Shown one piece after another: positions 1 to 9,340 of a stretch of 64,000 bases of DNA. The notes under the pieces are model-generated. The model was not told the DNA's origin. It searched no databases and saw only the letters and a list, made by a program, of their open reading frames with translations. This DNA comes from Candidatus Cloacimonadales bacterium (GTDB lineage: Bacteria; Cloacimonadota; Cloacimonadia; Cloacimonadales; JAFGVF01), in contig OY762964.1 in the NCBI GenBank assembly GCA_963667035.1, positions 224,001-288,000 on the forward strand. Direction: 5' to 3'. Each line of letters begins with the position of its first letter. The first letter of the stretch is position 1. Both the position numbers and the translations under genes were made by a program.

Positions 1-188
1 GACCCTGTTTTAACAGGCGTTCAAAAGTATCAACTCCTGGAAGACGTGTTTATGTTAACTCACAAAATCTGCCATCTGTTTTCAATAATACCGGCGTAGC
101 AATAATCTCAACAAGCCATGGTGTTATGGTTGACCGTCAAGCTCGTAAAGAGAAAGTTGGCGGTGAATATCTTTGCAAGGTTTGGTAG
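1..188 (+). CDS. rpsH: 30S ribosomal protein S8, C-terminal part (5' truncated; apparent 1-nt deletion near 23-26)
   Basis: Frame 3 reads ...[10 protein letters not shown]...[31 protein letters not shown]; frame 1 reads DPVLTGVQK; directly upstream of L6. Confidence 0.93.
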   Translation, partial: PCFNRRSKVSTPGRRVYVNSQNLPSVFNNTGVAIISTSHGVMVDRQARKEKVGGEYLCKVW

Positions 189-196
189 GAGGAATA

Positions 197-763
197 ATGT
201 CAAGAATAGGTAAATCCCCCATCACAATCCCGCAAGATGTAAAAGTTACTCTCGAGAACAAACTTATATTTGTTGAGGGTAAACTTGGCAGATTAGATTA
301 TCAGATCAATCCACTCATTACAGTGGAAATTGTAGAAAATGAAATTATCGTTAGTAGAGCGAATGACTCCAGAGAAGAGAAAGCGTTACATGGTTTAACA
401 AGAGCTCTCATCAATAACATGGTTATTGGTGTAACCCAGGGATACCAAAAGGTCTTATGGGTAATCGGAACCGGATACAATGCAGAGGTTACAGGACCAT
501 GGTTAAAGCTTGCTTTAGGTTATTCTCATGATATCTTAATGGAGATACCTGAAGGTATCACTGTTTCTACCGAACAAATTGGTAGAGGTGGAGCTATTAA
601 AGATCTCAACAGTATTATTACTGTTAAGGGAATTCATAAAGAAGATGTTGGTAAATTCGCAGCTGAAATCAGAAAATGCAGACCTCCAGAGGTATACAAA
701 GGTAAAGGTGTTCGTTATCATGATGAACATATTTCCATCAAAGCTGTTAAAGCTGGTGCATAA
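197..763 (+). CDS. rplF: 50S ribosomal protein L6
   Basis: MSRIGKSPI start after [19 protein letters not shown] motif. Confidence 0.97.
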   Translation: MSRIGKSPITIPQDVKVTLENKLIFVEGKLGRLDYQINPLITVEIVENEIIVSRANDSREEKALHGLTRALINNMVIGVTQGYQKVLWVIGTGYNAEVTGPWLKLALGYSHDILMEIPEGITVSTEQIGRGGAIKDLNSIITVKGIHKEDVGKFAAEIRKCRPPEVYKGKGVRYHDEHISIKAVKAGA

Positions 764-774
764 TTGGAGAGAAA

Positions 775-1143
775 ATGGTAAAAAGTAAATGCATAATCAG
801 AAGAGAGATGAGAGATCGCAGAAGATTGGCGATTCGTAAAAAACTCAGTGGTACTCCTGAGAGACCGAGATTAGCCGTATACCGTAGTCTTAAAAACATA
901 TATGCCCAGATTATAGACGATACAACAGGTAAGACACTTGTGTCTATGTCTACTATCGCTAAAGATTTTGGCGGAGAAAAGGCTAAGAAGGCTGAACTGA
1001 GTTTCCAGGTTGGTCTTAAATTAGGTGAAAAAGCCGTTGCAGCCGGAATTAAACAAGTTAGTTTCGATCGCTCCGGATACAAGTACCATGGTCGCGTGAA
1101 GGCTCTTGCTGATGGAGCCAGAAAAGCCGGTCTGGAATTCTAA
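775..1143 (+). CDS. rplR: 50S ribosomal protein L18
   Basis: RPRLAVYRS...[26 protein letters not shown]. Confidence 0.97.
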   Translation: MVKSKCIIRREMRDRRRLAIRKKLSGTPERPRLAVYRSLKNIYAQIIDDTTGKTLVSMSTIAKDFGGEKAKKAELSFQVGLKLGEKAVAAGIKQVSFDRSGYKYHGRVKALADGARKAGLEF

Positions 1144-1154
1144 GGGAGGATGAA

Positions 1155-1679
1155 TTGAAACAGGAATTCAATGCCCAGAACGAAAATGAACCAATCTTCG
1201 TAGAAAAGATTGTATCCACCAAGCGTGTTGCGAAAGTTGTTAAAGGTGGTAAAAACTTTAGCTTTAGTGCAATTGTTGTTATAGGTGACAAAGACGGTAA
1301 AGTTGGAGTTGGTAAAGGTAAAGCAAACGAGATTGTTGATGCTATCAGCAAAGCTAAAGATAAAGCTAACCAGAATCTTTTTAATGTTCCGATTGTTAAT
1401 GGTACAATCCCACATGAGATTATTGGTCGCTTCGGTGCCAGCCGTGTTCTTCTTAAACCTGCTCGTCCGGGTACAGGAATTATTGCCGGTGGTACAGCTC
1501 GCTCAATTCTCGAAGCTGTTGGTATAGAAAACATTCTTTGTAAATCACTTGGCTCAAACACATCAGGTAATGTTGTGAAAGCTGTTGTTGACGGTTTAAA
1601 GAATCTTAGAACAATTAGCGATATCGCTAAATTAAGAGGAAAAACCATCGCAGAGCTTACCGGTGGGGAGGAAGAATGA
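1155..1679 (+). CDS. rpsE: 30S ribosomal protein S5
   Basis: [14 protein letters not shown]...[12 protein letters not shown] start. Confidence 0.97.
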   Translation: MKQEFNAQNENEPIFVEKIVSTKRVAKVVKGGKNFSFSAIVVIGDKDGKVGVGKGKANEIVDAISKAKDKANQNLFNVPIVNGTIPHEIIGRFGASRVLLKPARPGTGIIAGGTARSILEAVGIENILCKSLGSNTSGNVVKAVVDGLKNLRTISDIAKLRGKTIAELTGGEEE

Positions 1680-1858
1680 AGATAAAAGTTACACAAGTTA
1701 AGAGTGCAATAGGCAGAAAAGAAACTCATAAGAAAGTTCTTGTTGCCTTAGGATTAGGTCGAATTGGGAAGCAACGTGTTCACGAAGATACTCCGAATAT
1801 TCTCGGAATGATAGATAAGGTTTCTTATCTGTTGAAAGTTGAACCGGTTGCGGAATAG
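1676..1858 (+). CDS. rpmD: 50S ribosomal protein L30
   Basis: [11 protein letters not shown]...ALGLGRIG; operon position. Confidence 0.95.
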   Translation: MKIKVTQVKSAIGRKETHKKVLVALGLGRIGKQRVHEDTPNILGMIDKVSYLLKVEPVAE

Positions 1859-1872
1859 GAAAGGAGAGCAAA

Positions 1873-2328
1873 ATGTATTCTCTTAATAACATAAAGCGAC
1901 CAAACGTAAAAAAGAAACAAAAAAGACTTGGTAAAGGACAGGCTTCCGGCTATGGACATCAGGCTGGAAGAGGACATAAAGGTCAAAAATCCCGATCTGG
2001 CGGGAAAGTTCCAATCTGGTTCGAAGGTGGACAGATGCCTATTCAGCGTCGTCTCCCTAAACGTGGTTTTAAAAACTGGAACAGAGTGGAGTACCGCATT
2101 GTTAATCTTGCTCAACTGGTCGCTCTTAATGAAACAGATTTAGACATCGCTAAAATGGAAGAGCTTGGACTCATCTCTAATAGCGGTAAGAAAGGTAAAG
2201 CTAAGGTTAAAATTCTCGCCAATACTGAAACTGAATTCAAACAGACTGTTAATGTCAAAGCTAATGCATTCTCAGAGAATGCTAGAAAGCTTATTGAGGC
2301 TAACGGTGGTAAGGCGGAGGTAATTTAA
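1873..2328 (+). CDS. rplO: 50S ribosomal protein L15
   Basis: GRGHKGQKSRSGG...FEGGQMPIQRRLPKRGF. Confidence 0.97.
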   Translation: MYSLNNIKRPNVKKKQKRLGKGQASGYGHQAGRGHKGQKSRSGGKVPIWFEGGQMPIQRRLPKRGFKNWNRVEYRIVNLAQLVALNETDLDIAKMEELGLISNSGKKGKAKVKILANTETEFKQTVNVKANAFSENARKLIEANGGKAEVI

Positions 2329-2329
2329 C

Positions 2330-3658
2330 TTGTTTAGGACTATAGCTAATATCTTCAAAATTCCGGATTTACGGAAGAAGATACTGTTCACAACCTTTAT
2401 ATTAGTACTTTACAGACTTGGTAGTTTCATACCTGTCCCGGGTGTTAATGTAGAAGCGTTGAAAGCTTTCTTCCAGAATCCTGGAACAGACCAAACATTA
2501 TTCGGATTATATGATCTGTTTGTTGGTGGTAACTTCCAAAGAGCATCAGTTTTTGCTCTTGGTATCATGCCATACATTACAACATCGATTGTAATCCAAT
2601 TGTTAGGTAGTATTGTACCTTATTTTGAGAAACTCAGAAAGGAAGGTGCTGAAGGACAGAAAAAGATTAACCAGCTAACCCGTTATGGCACGGTTATTAT
2701 TGGTGGATTCAATGCCATCAGTATTGCTTTCTTCCTTCAAAACCTCGAGTCAACAGCAGGAAACGTTGTACCTGCAGGTGGAGCATTCTTTATTCTCTCC
2801 ACAATGGTGACTCTGGTAACAGGAACGATGATGATCATGTGGCTCGGAGAACAGATTACTGAAAATGGTATCGGTAACGGTATTTCTCTGATAATCTTCG
2901 CAGGTATTATTGACAGATATCCGGCAGGTTTCTGGGATCTTTTCCAGAAAGTAAGACTGGGTGAAGTTGGTATCCTTCGTGCTTTGATTATGGTTGCTCT
3001 CATGGTAGCAGTAACCGCGGCAGTTATCCTTATCACTGAAGCTACTCGTAAAATTCCGGTTCAGTACGCAAAGCGCTTCGTCGGTCGTAAAATGTACGGC
3101 GGGCACAGCACATATATCCCGCTACGTGTTAACTCTGCGGGTGTTATTCCTATTATCTTCGCTAACTCAGTGATTATGTTCCCTAGAACTATCGCTATGT
3201 TTGCAGGTGGAGACAATGGCTCAGCTTTTTGGGTAGGACTTGTCAACTGGTTATCTCCTGGACATGCATTCTACACATTCCTTTATGTGGCTCTTATTGT
3301 CTTCTTTGCATACTTCTACACAGCTATTGTGCTGAATCCTGTAGAAATGGCGGAGAACATGAAACGCTACGGAGGATTCATACCAGGTAAAAAGCCCGGT
3401 AAGAAGACTTCAGACTATATAAATAACGTAATTGTTAGAATTACCCTTCCAGGTGCAATATTCTTCGCACTTATTGCTATTATGCCTGATTTCTTCGTGA
3501 GATGGGGTAAGGTCGACTTCAATTTCGGTGGCACAGGGCTTATCATTGTTGTTGGTGTGGCTTTAGACACATTGCAGCAAATTGAATCTCACCTTGTAAT
3601 GCGTCATTATGACGGATTCATGAAAAAAGGTAAGCTAAGAGGAAGAACAGGTCGTTAG
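2330..3658 (+). CDS. secY: Preprotein translocase subunit SecY
   Basis: ALGIMPYIT, GIGNGISLIIF, GVIPIIFA, GGTGLIIVVGVALDT; multi-TM. Confidence 0.98.
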   Translation: MFRTIANIFKIPDLRKKILFTTFILVLYRLGSFIPVPGVNVEALKAFFQNPGTDQTLFGLYDLFVGGNFQRASVFALGIMPYITTSIVIQLLGSIVPYFEKLRKEGAEGQKKINQLTRYGTVIIGGFNAISIAFFLQNLESTAGNVVPAGGAFFILSTMVTLVTGTMMIMWLGEQITENGIGNGISLIIFAGIIDRYPAGFWDLFQKVRLGEVGILRALIMVALMVAVTAAVILITEATRKIPVQYAKRFVGRKMYGGHSTYIPLRVNSAGVIPIIFANSVIMFPRTIAMFAGGDNGSAFWVGLVNWLSPGHAFYTFLYVALIVFFAYFYTAIVLNPVEMAENMKRYGGFIPGKKPGKKTSDYINNVIVRITLPGAIFFALIAIMPDFFVRWGKVDFNFGGTGLIIVVGVALDTLQQIESHLVMRHYDGFMKKGKLRGRTGR

Positions 3659-3660
3659 GG

Positions 3661-4419
3661 ATGATTAGAATAAAATCTGAAAAGAGCATTATGAAAATGC
3701 GTGTTGCTAATGAAATAATTTATGCACTGTTTCAAGAATTGAGACAGATTGTTAAACCCGGTATTTCTACTTGGGAATTAGATCGAATGGCGGAAGATTT
3801 TATTCTATCACGTGGAGCTAAACCTGCTTTTAAAGGCTACTCTGTTCCCGGACTAAAACCTTTCCCGGGGGCTCTTTGTACATCAGTTAATTCTGGTATT
3901 GTACATGGAATACCTTCAAAGGAAATGGTACTAAAAGACGGGGATATAATCGGAATCGATGTTGGAACTTGTTATGAAGGTTATTATGGCGATGCAGCAA
4001 GAACTTTTGCTGTTGGCACAGTAACCGATGAAGCTTTAAAGCTTTTGGAAGTAACAGAGAAGGCACTTGAACTCGGAGTTGCACAGGCATTGCCCGGCAA
4101 TAGAGTTGGAGATATTTCTCACGCTATTGAAGCGTATGTTACTTCTAATGGATATTATCTTGCAGATGATCTTACCGGACATGGTATAGGTGCAAATCTG
4201 CATGAAGATCCGCAAGTTCCTAATATTGGTAAACCCGGACGAGGAGCTAGATTAAAAGCCGGTATGACAATAGCTATAGAACCTATGGTGAATATAGGTA
4301 CCAATCGTGTAATAGAAAAGGGTTGGGAGTTTTTCACAAAGGACGGCTCTTTGTCTGCTCATTTTGAGCACACAATCCTAATAAAACCTGAACAACCAGA
4401 AATCTTAGATAAAGGTTAA
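3661..4419 (+). CDS. map: Methionine aminopeptidase type I
   Basis: SVNSGIVHGIP, GHGIG..LHEDP, IEPM, SAHFEHT. Confidence 0.96.
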   Translation: MIRIKSEKSIMKMRVANEIIYALFQELRQIVKPGISTWELDRMAEDFILSRGAKPAFKGYSVPGLKPFPGALCTSVNSGIVHGIPSKEMVLKDGDIIGIDVGTCYEGYYGDAARTFAVGTVTDEALKLLEVTEKALELGVAQALPGNRVGDISHAIEAYVTSNGYYLADDLTGHGIGANLHEDPQVPNIGKPGRGARLKAGMTIAIEPMVNIGTNRVIEKGWEFFTKDGSLSAHFEHTILIKPEQPEILDKG

Positions 4420-4422
4420 ACA

Positions 4423-4641
4423 ATGGCAAAATCCGGTGTAATTGAAGTAGAAGGTACCGTAATAGAATCGTTACCGAATACCACCTTTAAAGTAAAGTTA
4501 GAGAATGAGCATGTAATTTTAGCTCATATCTCAGGTAAGATGAGAATGCATTTAATTCGTATTCTTCCCGGTGACAAGGTGAAGATTGAATTATCACCTT
4601 ATGACTTAACAAAAGGTAGAATCACTTACCGTTATAAATAG
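4423..4641 (+). CDS. infA: Translation initiation factor IF-1
   Basis: [35 protein letters not shown]. Confidence 0.98.
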   Translation: MAKSGVIEVEGTVIESLPNTTFKVKLENEHVILAHISGKMRMHLIRILPGDKVKIELSPYDLTKGRITYRYK

Positions 4642-4649
4642 GAGCAACA

Positions 4650-4766
4650 ATGAAAGTCAGAGCATCTGTAAAAAAGATATGTAAAGACTGTAAGATTATA
4701 AAAAGACATGGTGTTGTGCGTGTGATTTGTAAAACTAACCCAAAACACAAGCAGCGACAAGGTTAG
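4650..4766 (+). CDS. rpmJ: 50S ribosomal protein L36 (38 aa; absent from ORF track)
   Basis: Translated by hand: [38 protein letters not shown]. Confidence 0.97.
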   Translation: MKVRASVKKICKDCKIIKRHGVVRVICKTNPKHKQRQG

Positions 4767-4782
4767 ACTAAGGAGGAATAGC

Positions 4783-5157
4783 TTGGCACATATCGCTGGT
4801 ATCGAGTTACCTAAGAATAAGAGAATAGTTATTGGCCTTACCTATATATTTGGTATTGGCAGAACTACTTCAGAAGATATTCTTACCAAAGCTAACATCG
4901 ATGTGAACACCCGTGTTAAGGATCTCACACTCGATGAAGAAAAGTTACTTAGAGATATCATTCAGAATGATTATATAGTAGAAGGTTCTTTAAGAACCAA
5001 AGTTGCCATGGACATTAAGCGTCTTATGGAAATAAACAGTTATAGAGGATTACGTCATAAAAGGGGACTCCCCGTACGTGGTCAGAGAACTAAAACTAAC
5101 GCCAGAACTCGTAAGGGACCAAAACCTGGTTCTCTTAAGAAAAACAAGAAAAGATAG
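4783..5157 (+). CDS. rpsM: 30S ribosomal protein S13
   Basis: [26 protein letters not shown]. Confidence 0.98.
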   Translation: MAHIAGIELPKNKRIVIGLTYIFGIGRTTSEDILTKANIDVNTRVKDLTLDEEKLLRDIIQNDYIVEGSLRTKVAMDIKRLMEINSYRGLRHKRGLPVRGQRTKTNARTRKGPKPGSLKKNKKR

Positions 5158-5165
5158 GAGAATAA

Positions 5166-5555
5166 ATGGCTAAGAAGACTCGCGTAAAGAAAAAACGTGT
5201 ACGCCTTGCTTTTGACGAGGGTGTAGCTCACGTTCATTCAAGCTTCAATAACACCATTGTTTCTATTTCCGACAAAGCCGGAAATACTCTTGTCTGGTCT
5301 AGTGGTGGTAAAGTTGGTTATAAAGGCTCTAAAAAGAGTACTCCATACGCTGCTCAGTTAGCTGCTGAAGAAGTAGCTAAAGCTGCTATGGAAATGGGTA
5401 TCGCTAAGGTCCAAGTAATCGTAAGAGGCCCCGGTGGCGGTAGAGAATCATCTATCCGTGCAATCAATGCAGCCGGTATCCAGGTTACAGCTATCCATGA
5501 CGAAACTCCGATTCCACACAATGGCTGTCGTCCGCCAAAGACCAGAAGAATATAA
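5166..5555 (+). CDS. rpsK: 30S ribosomal protein S11
   Basis: [30 protein letters not shown]. Confidence 0.98.
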   Translation: MAKKTRVKKKRVRLAFDEGVAHVHSSFNNTIVSISDKAGNTLVWSSGGKVGYKGSKKSTPYAAQLAAEEVAKAAMEMGIAKVQVIVRGPGGGRESSIRAINAAGIQVTAIHDETPIPHNGCRPPKTRRI

Positions 5556-5569
5556 CGGAGGAAGTTTAA

Positions 5570-6193
5570 ATGGCTAGATATACAGGACCAAAAGCAAAGA
5601 TATGTCGTAAGTTTGGTGAGAACATTTTTGGAACTCCAAAATACGATCGTATCCTGCAAAAGAAAAACTATGCTCCGGGACAGCATGGTAATGGCAAACG
5701 TTTCAGAAAGAAAATGTCTGATTACGGAATTCATCTTAAAGAAAAGCAGAAACTCAGATATACTTACTGTCTGATGGAAAAGCAGTTCTTTAATTATTAT
5801 ACAAAAGCAGAGAAAATGGCTGGTGTAACCGGTGAAAACCTGTTACAAATTCTGGAAAGAAGACTTGATAACGCTGTTTACAGAATGGGTTTTGCGGTAA
5901 CTCGTATGCAATCCAGACAGTTTGTTAATCATGGTCATATTCTTGTAAATGGAAAACGTGTAGATATCCCTTCTTATCTGCTTAAACCGGGTGATGTTGT
6001 TGAGATTAAAGAGAAGAGTCGTAGTTGCAGTGCAATAGTCGATGCAATGGACATGACTTCTTTAACATCTCCTTACTCTTGGTTAACAGTAGAAAAAGAT
6101 AAATTTAAAGGTGAATTCGTAGCAATTCCTGCTGCGGATGAAATCCCGGTTAACGTCGATGTTCGTTTAATCGTTGAATTCTATTCCAAATAG
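5570..6193 (+). CDS. rpsD: 30S ribosomal protein S4
   Basis: MARYTGP, LERRLDN.VYR, VNHGHILVNG, LIVEFYSK. Confidence 0.98.
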   Translation: MARYTGPKAKICRKFGENIFGTPKYDRILQKKNYAPGQHGNGKRFRKKMSDYGIHLKEKQKLRYTYCLMEKQFFNYYTKAEKMAGVTGENLLQILERRLDNAVYRMGFAVTRMQSRQFVNHGHILVNGKRVDIPSYLLKPGDVVEIKEKSRSCSAIVDAMDMTSLTSPYSWLTVEKDKFKGEFVAIPAADEIPVNVDVRLIVEFYSK

Positions 6194-6223
6194 TGAACTT
6201 TAACTAAAAAGGAGTATTTGATT

Positions 6224-7243
6224 ATGATGCTTCTTGAGCCCATTCAACTGCCGGAGAGCGTTGAATTTGACAAGAATACTTACAGCTCGACTTACGGAAA
6301 GTTTGAGATCGGACCGTTAGAACCCGGTTACGGTACAACAATCGGTAATACTCTGAGACGTGTGCTTCTGTCGTCTATTCAAGGCGCCGCAGTAAGGTTC
6401 GTCAGGATTGAAGGCTTATTCCATGAATTTGCCCCGATTCCTGGTACTGATTCTGATTACATTGATCTTATTCTTCGTCTGAAAAAGCTTGTCTTTAAGA
6501 CAGACTCTATCAACGAGATTGCTTTAGTTCTGGAAAAGAAAGGTCCCGGAGTTGTTACTGCCGGTGATATCAAAGAAGTTGCAGAACTTGAAGTCTTGAA
6601 TAAAGATCATGTTTTACTGGAGATTACTGAGGAAGTTGATTTCCGTCTTGAACTCTGGATTGGAATCGGAAGAGGATATGTACCATCCGACAAACAGGAG
6701 ATGGAAGAAAGACCTATCGGTGTTATTCCGATTGACTCCATCTATTCACCTATTACTAAAGTTAACTTCAATGTTGAACATATGCGTGTTAAAGAAAAGA
6801 TGAATTACGATAAACTGGTTATGGAAGTACATACCAATGGTGCTATCGAACCAAGAGATTCTCTTTTCCTCTCAGCTAAACTTCTTAAAGACCTTTATTC
6901 TAAAGTGACTCGTTTCGAAGTTGAACCTGAGTATATTGAAGAGGTACAGATGGATCCTGAATTGGAACGTCTTGATAAACTTCTCAATATGAGCGTTAAA
7001 GAGCTCGAACTTACCGTTCGCTCTGCTAACTGCTTAGCCGCTGCTAAAATCGATACAATTGGCGATTTGGTAAGACGTTCTGAAGCTGAAATGCTGAAGT
7101 ATCGTAACTTCGGTAAGAAATCTCTTGATGAGATCTCCAAGCTTCTTGTTAAGTACGAACTTACCCTCGGTATGGATGTCGATGAAAAGCTTCAACTAAT
7201 TGAAGAAGCAAAGAATCGTGTAATTACAAAGAAGAAGGTATAG
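6224..7243 (+). CDS. rpoA: RNA polymerase alpha subunit (start may be 6218, 6224 or 6227)
   Basis: PLEPGYGTTIGNTLRRVLLSS; LELTVRSANCL; NFGKKSLDEI. Confidence 0.98.
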   Translation: MMLLEPIQLPESVEFDKNTYSSTYGKFEIGPLEPGYGTTIGNTLRRVLLSSIQGAAVRFVRIEGLFHEFAPIPGTDSDYIDLILRLKKLVFKTDSINEIALVLEKKGPGVVTAGDIKEVAELEVLNKDHVLLEITEEVDFRLELWIGIGRGYVPSDKQEMEERPIGVIPIDSIYSPITKVNFNVEHMRVKEKMNYDKLVMEVHTNGAIEPRDSLFLSAKLLKDLYSKVTRFEVEPEYIEEVQMDPELERLDKLLNMSVKELELTVRSANCLAAAKIDTIGDLVRRSEAEMLKYRNFGKKSLDEISKLLVKYELTLGMDVDEKLQLIEEAKNRVITKKKV

Positions 7244-7246
7244 AAA

Positions 7247-7657
7247 ATGAGACATCGTGTAGCCGGAAGAAAATTTGGTAGAGAAGCTGGACATCGCAAG
7301 GCTATGTTACACAATCTCGCCAAATCTATTATCGACCATGAACAAATCAATACAACCACTGCTCGTGCAAAAGAGATGAGATCTCTTGTAGAACGTCTTG
7401 TTACTTATGGTAAGAGAAATTCAGTGCACAGCAGAAGAATGGCTTTTAAAGTTCTGCAAGACAGAGCTTTGGTTAAAAAGCTATTCGATGACATCGCTCC
7501 GCGTTATACCGAAAGAAACGGTGGTTATACCCGTATCTATAAAAATGGTACACGCAGAGGTGATTGTGCTGAAATGTCTATCATCGAATTCGTTGAAGGC
7601 GAAGTTGTAGCTTCAGGCGATAATTCTATTAAAGCTGAAGAGTTAACTCAGGAATAA
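7247..7657 (+). CDS. rplQ: 50S ribosomal protein L17
   Basis: MRHR..GRKFGR...RNGGYTRI. Confidence 0.98.
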   Translation: MRHRVAGRKFGREAGHRKAMLHNLAKSIIDHEQINTTTARAKEMRSLVERLVTYGKRNSVHSRRMAFKVLQDRALVKKLFDDIAPRYTERNGGYTRIYKNGTRRGDCAEMSIIEFVEGEVVASGDNSIKAEELTQE

Positions 7658-7680
7658 TTCTAAGTTAACCTAAATACATT

Positions 7681-7711
7681 AAAGGCTGTATCCTATAGGA
7701 TGCAGCCTTTT
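7681..7711 (+). terminator. Rho-independent terminator of the ribosomal operon
   Basis: AAAGGCTGTATCC-TATA-GGATGCAGCCTTTT hairpin plus T-tract. Confidence 0.85.
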
Positions 7712-7782
7712 CTCATATACTAAAACTTCCCACAGAAATAACTTGTAAAGAAAACTGACTCTGAAAGATAGGCACATAATAA

Positions 7783-8712
7783 ATGTTTGGAGTATACCTA
7801 GGAATGTCAGATAAAACCAAAGGATTCATATTTGCAGTTATAGCCCTTTTTTCATGGGGGATTCACGGACCGGCAGGACGCTGGTTATCAGTTAACGGGG
7901 TTGATCCCTATTTCGTGTTTGCTACTCGACTATGGATTGGTACTGCAGTATTGTTTGGTTTCTTGGCGGCTAATAAAGCTTTAAACTTCACAATCTTAAA
8001 GAAGCATTGGAAACACATTACTCTTGTTTCTTTGATTGGCATCTGCCTCAATTCTGCGTTATATCATGTAAGCCTGGTTTATCTTCACGGAACTCTTGTC
8101 ATGATTCTTGAGAATTTATCGCCTGTTTTCGTGTTTATTCTTTCATCCTTGATACTTAAGGTTAAGCCTACTAGAACTCAGCTAATTTCCTTGATTATTT
8201 CGCTTTCCGGGCTATATGTGATTATGATGGGGAAGGGGAGTTTCCCTGAATTAGGTGACACTTATGGATTGGGTATTTTGTTAGGAGTGCTTACAGGACT
8301 CACCTTCGGTTGTTATGTGTTTTTCTCGGCAACACTGATGAGTCAGTATAAATCTTCACCAATGAGTATCATACAACTTCTTTTCTGCATCTTTTTGGTG
8401 TCTGCTGTATTGATGACGCCAATATTGTTTCTCCATCCCGGTGAGAAACCAAACACTACTACCGAATGGTTATGGTTACTTGAAATGGGAGTTTTCCAAT
8501 CAGGAGTAGCTTATCTCTTTTGGAACTATGCGCTTGCATATTTACCTGTAAACACATCGTCTGTAATCTTTGCTTTAGCCGTATTCTTCACAACTGTAAA
8601 TGAGATTTTATTCTTAGGTTTGAAAATAAATCCATCACTAGTTATGGGTGGTGTCTTAATTATGTTAGCTAGTTACCTATTAAGCAGAGAGAAGACAGTA
8701 GTAAAGAATTAA
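7783..8712 (+). CDS. DMT/EamA family transporter
   Basis: About 10 hydrophobic segments in two halves; SWG..GP and GVFQSGVAYLFW motifs. Confidence 0.85.
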   Translation: MFGVYLGMSDKTKGFIFAVIALFSWGIHGPAGRWLSVNGVDPYFVFATRLWIGTAVLFGFLAANKALNFTILKKHWKHITLVSLIGICLNSALYHVSLVYLHGTLVMILENLSPVFVFILSSLILKVKPTRTQLISLIISLSGLYVIMMGKGSFPELGDTYGLGILLGVLTGLTFGCYVFFSATLMSQYKSSPMSIIQLLFCIFLVSAVLMTPILFLHPGEKPNTTTEWLWLLEMGVFQSGVAYLFWNYALAYLPVNTSSVIFALAVFFTTVNEILFLGLKINPSLVMGGVLIMLASYLLSREKTVVKN

Positions 8713-8918
8713 TAAAGCAGTCTGCCGACTTTGTCGTCATAGCAACTCAGGGGAGTTGCTGTGCAATAGTAGTGCATCTATACCTCTAAAATTTTGCTAT
8801 TTCCTTATTATAACCCACTATTATCATCCTTCTACCATCCTTTAGGGCGACTTCTAAAGACATTGGAATCAGATTGGTCCCACCAAGGAGCCTCCTTGGA
8901 CCCTCTTGGGCGAAAGCC

Positions 8919-8947
8919 AAAGTTGTCCACATTGTGTGGATAACTTT
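8919..8947. promoter_or_regulatory. Inverted pair of DnaA-box-like 9-mers
   Basis: TTGTCCACA (8923-8931) and TGTGGATAA (8935-8943) within a 13-bp imperfect palindrome. Confidence 0.45.
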
Positions 8948-9340
8948 CACCATAGAGTTTCTTTTGTCTTTAATAGTATTGCAGAAGGGGCGTAACAGGT
9001 TCATGACATATTCATTAAATTTGGCGAGTCACCCTTAAAAGTATCCACCCTAGGGAGGTCAAAGTTTTACCAAGAAAAATACTACGTAAACTACATGATA
9101 TAATATCATCAATAGAGACTGGTGTCTTTATGGGATATATACTTGATAAAAATGCAAAGTTAATGTTTCATCCACAATACCTCTGTTTCAGAATACTGCT
9201 AGATATTATGTAATAGGAATTATTTCATACAATAAACTCTCCTGTAGAAATAATTAGCTTGACATTAGAAAAAATAGTGTTCGTTCTTGATTTATAGTTT
9301 CTTAAGAAAGAATCTATGTTTAACTCAAATGGAGGAAATA

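Noticed and set aside
3658..3661. Absence of adk between secY and map
   Set aside because: Common lineage-level variation in this operon
8786..9004. 72-aa minus-strand ORF
   Set aside because: No RBS or recognisable motif; overlaps the hairpin tract
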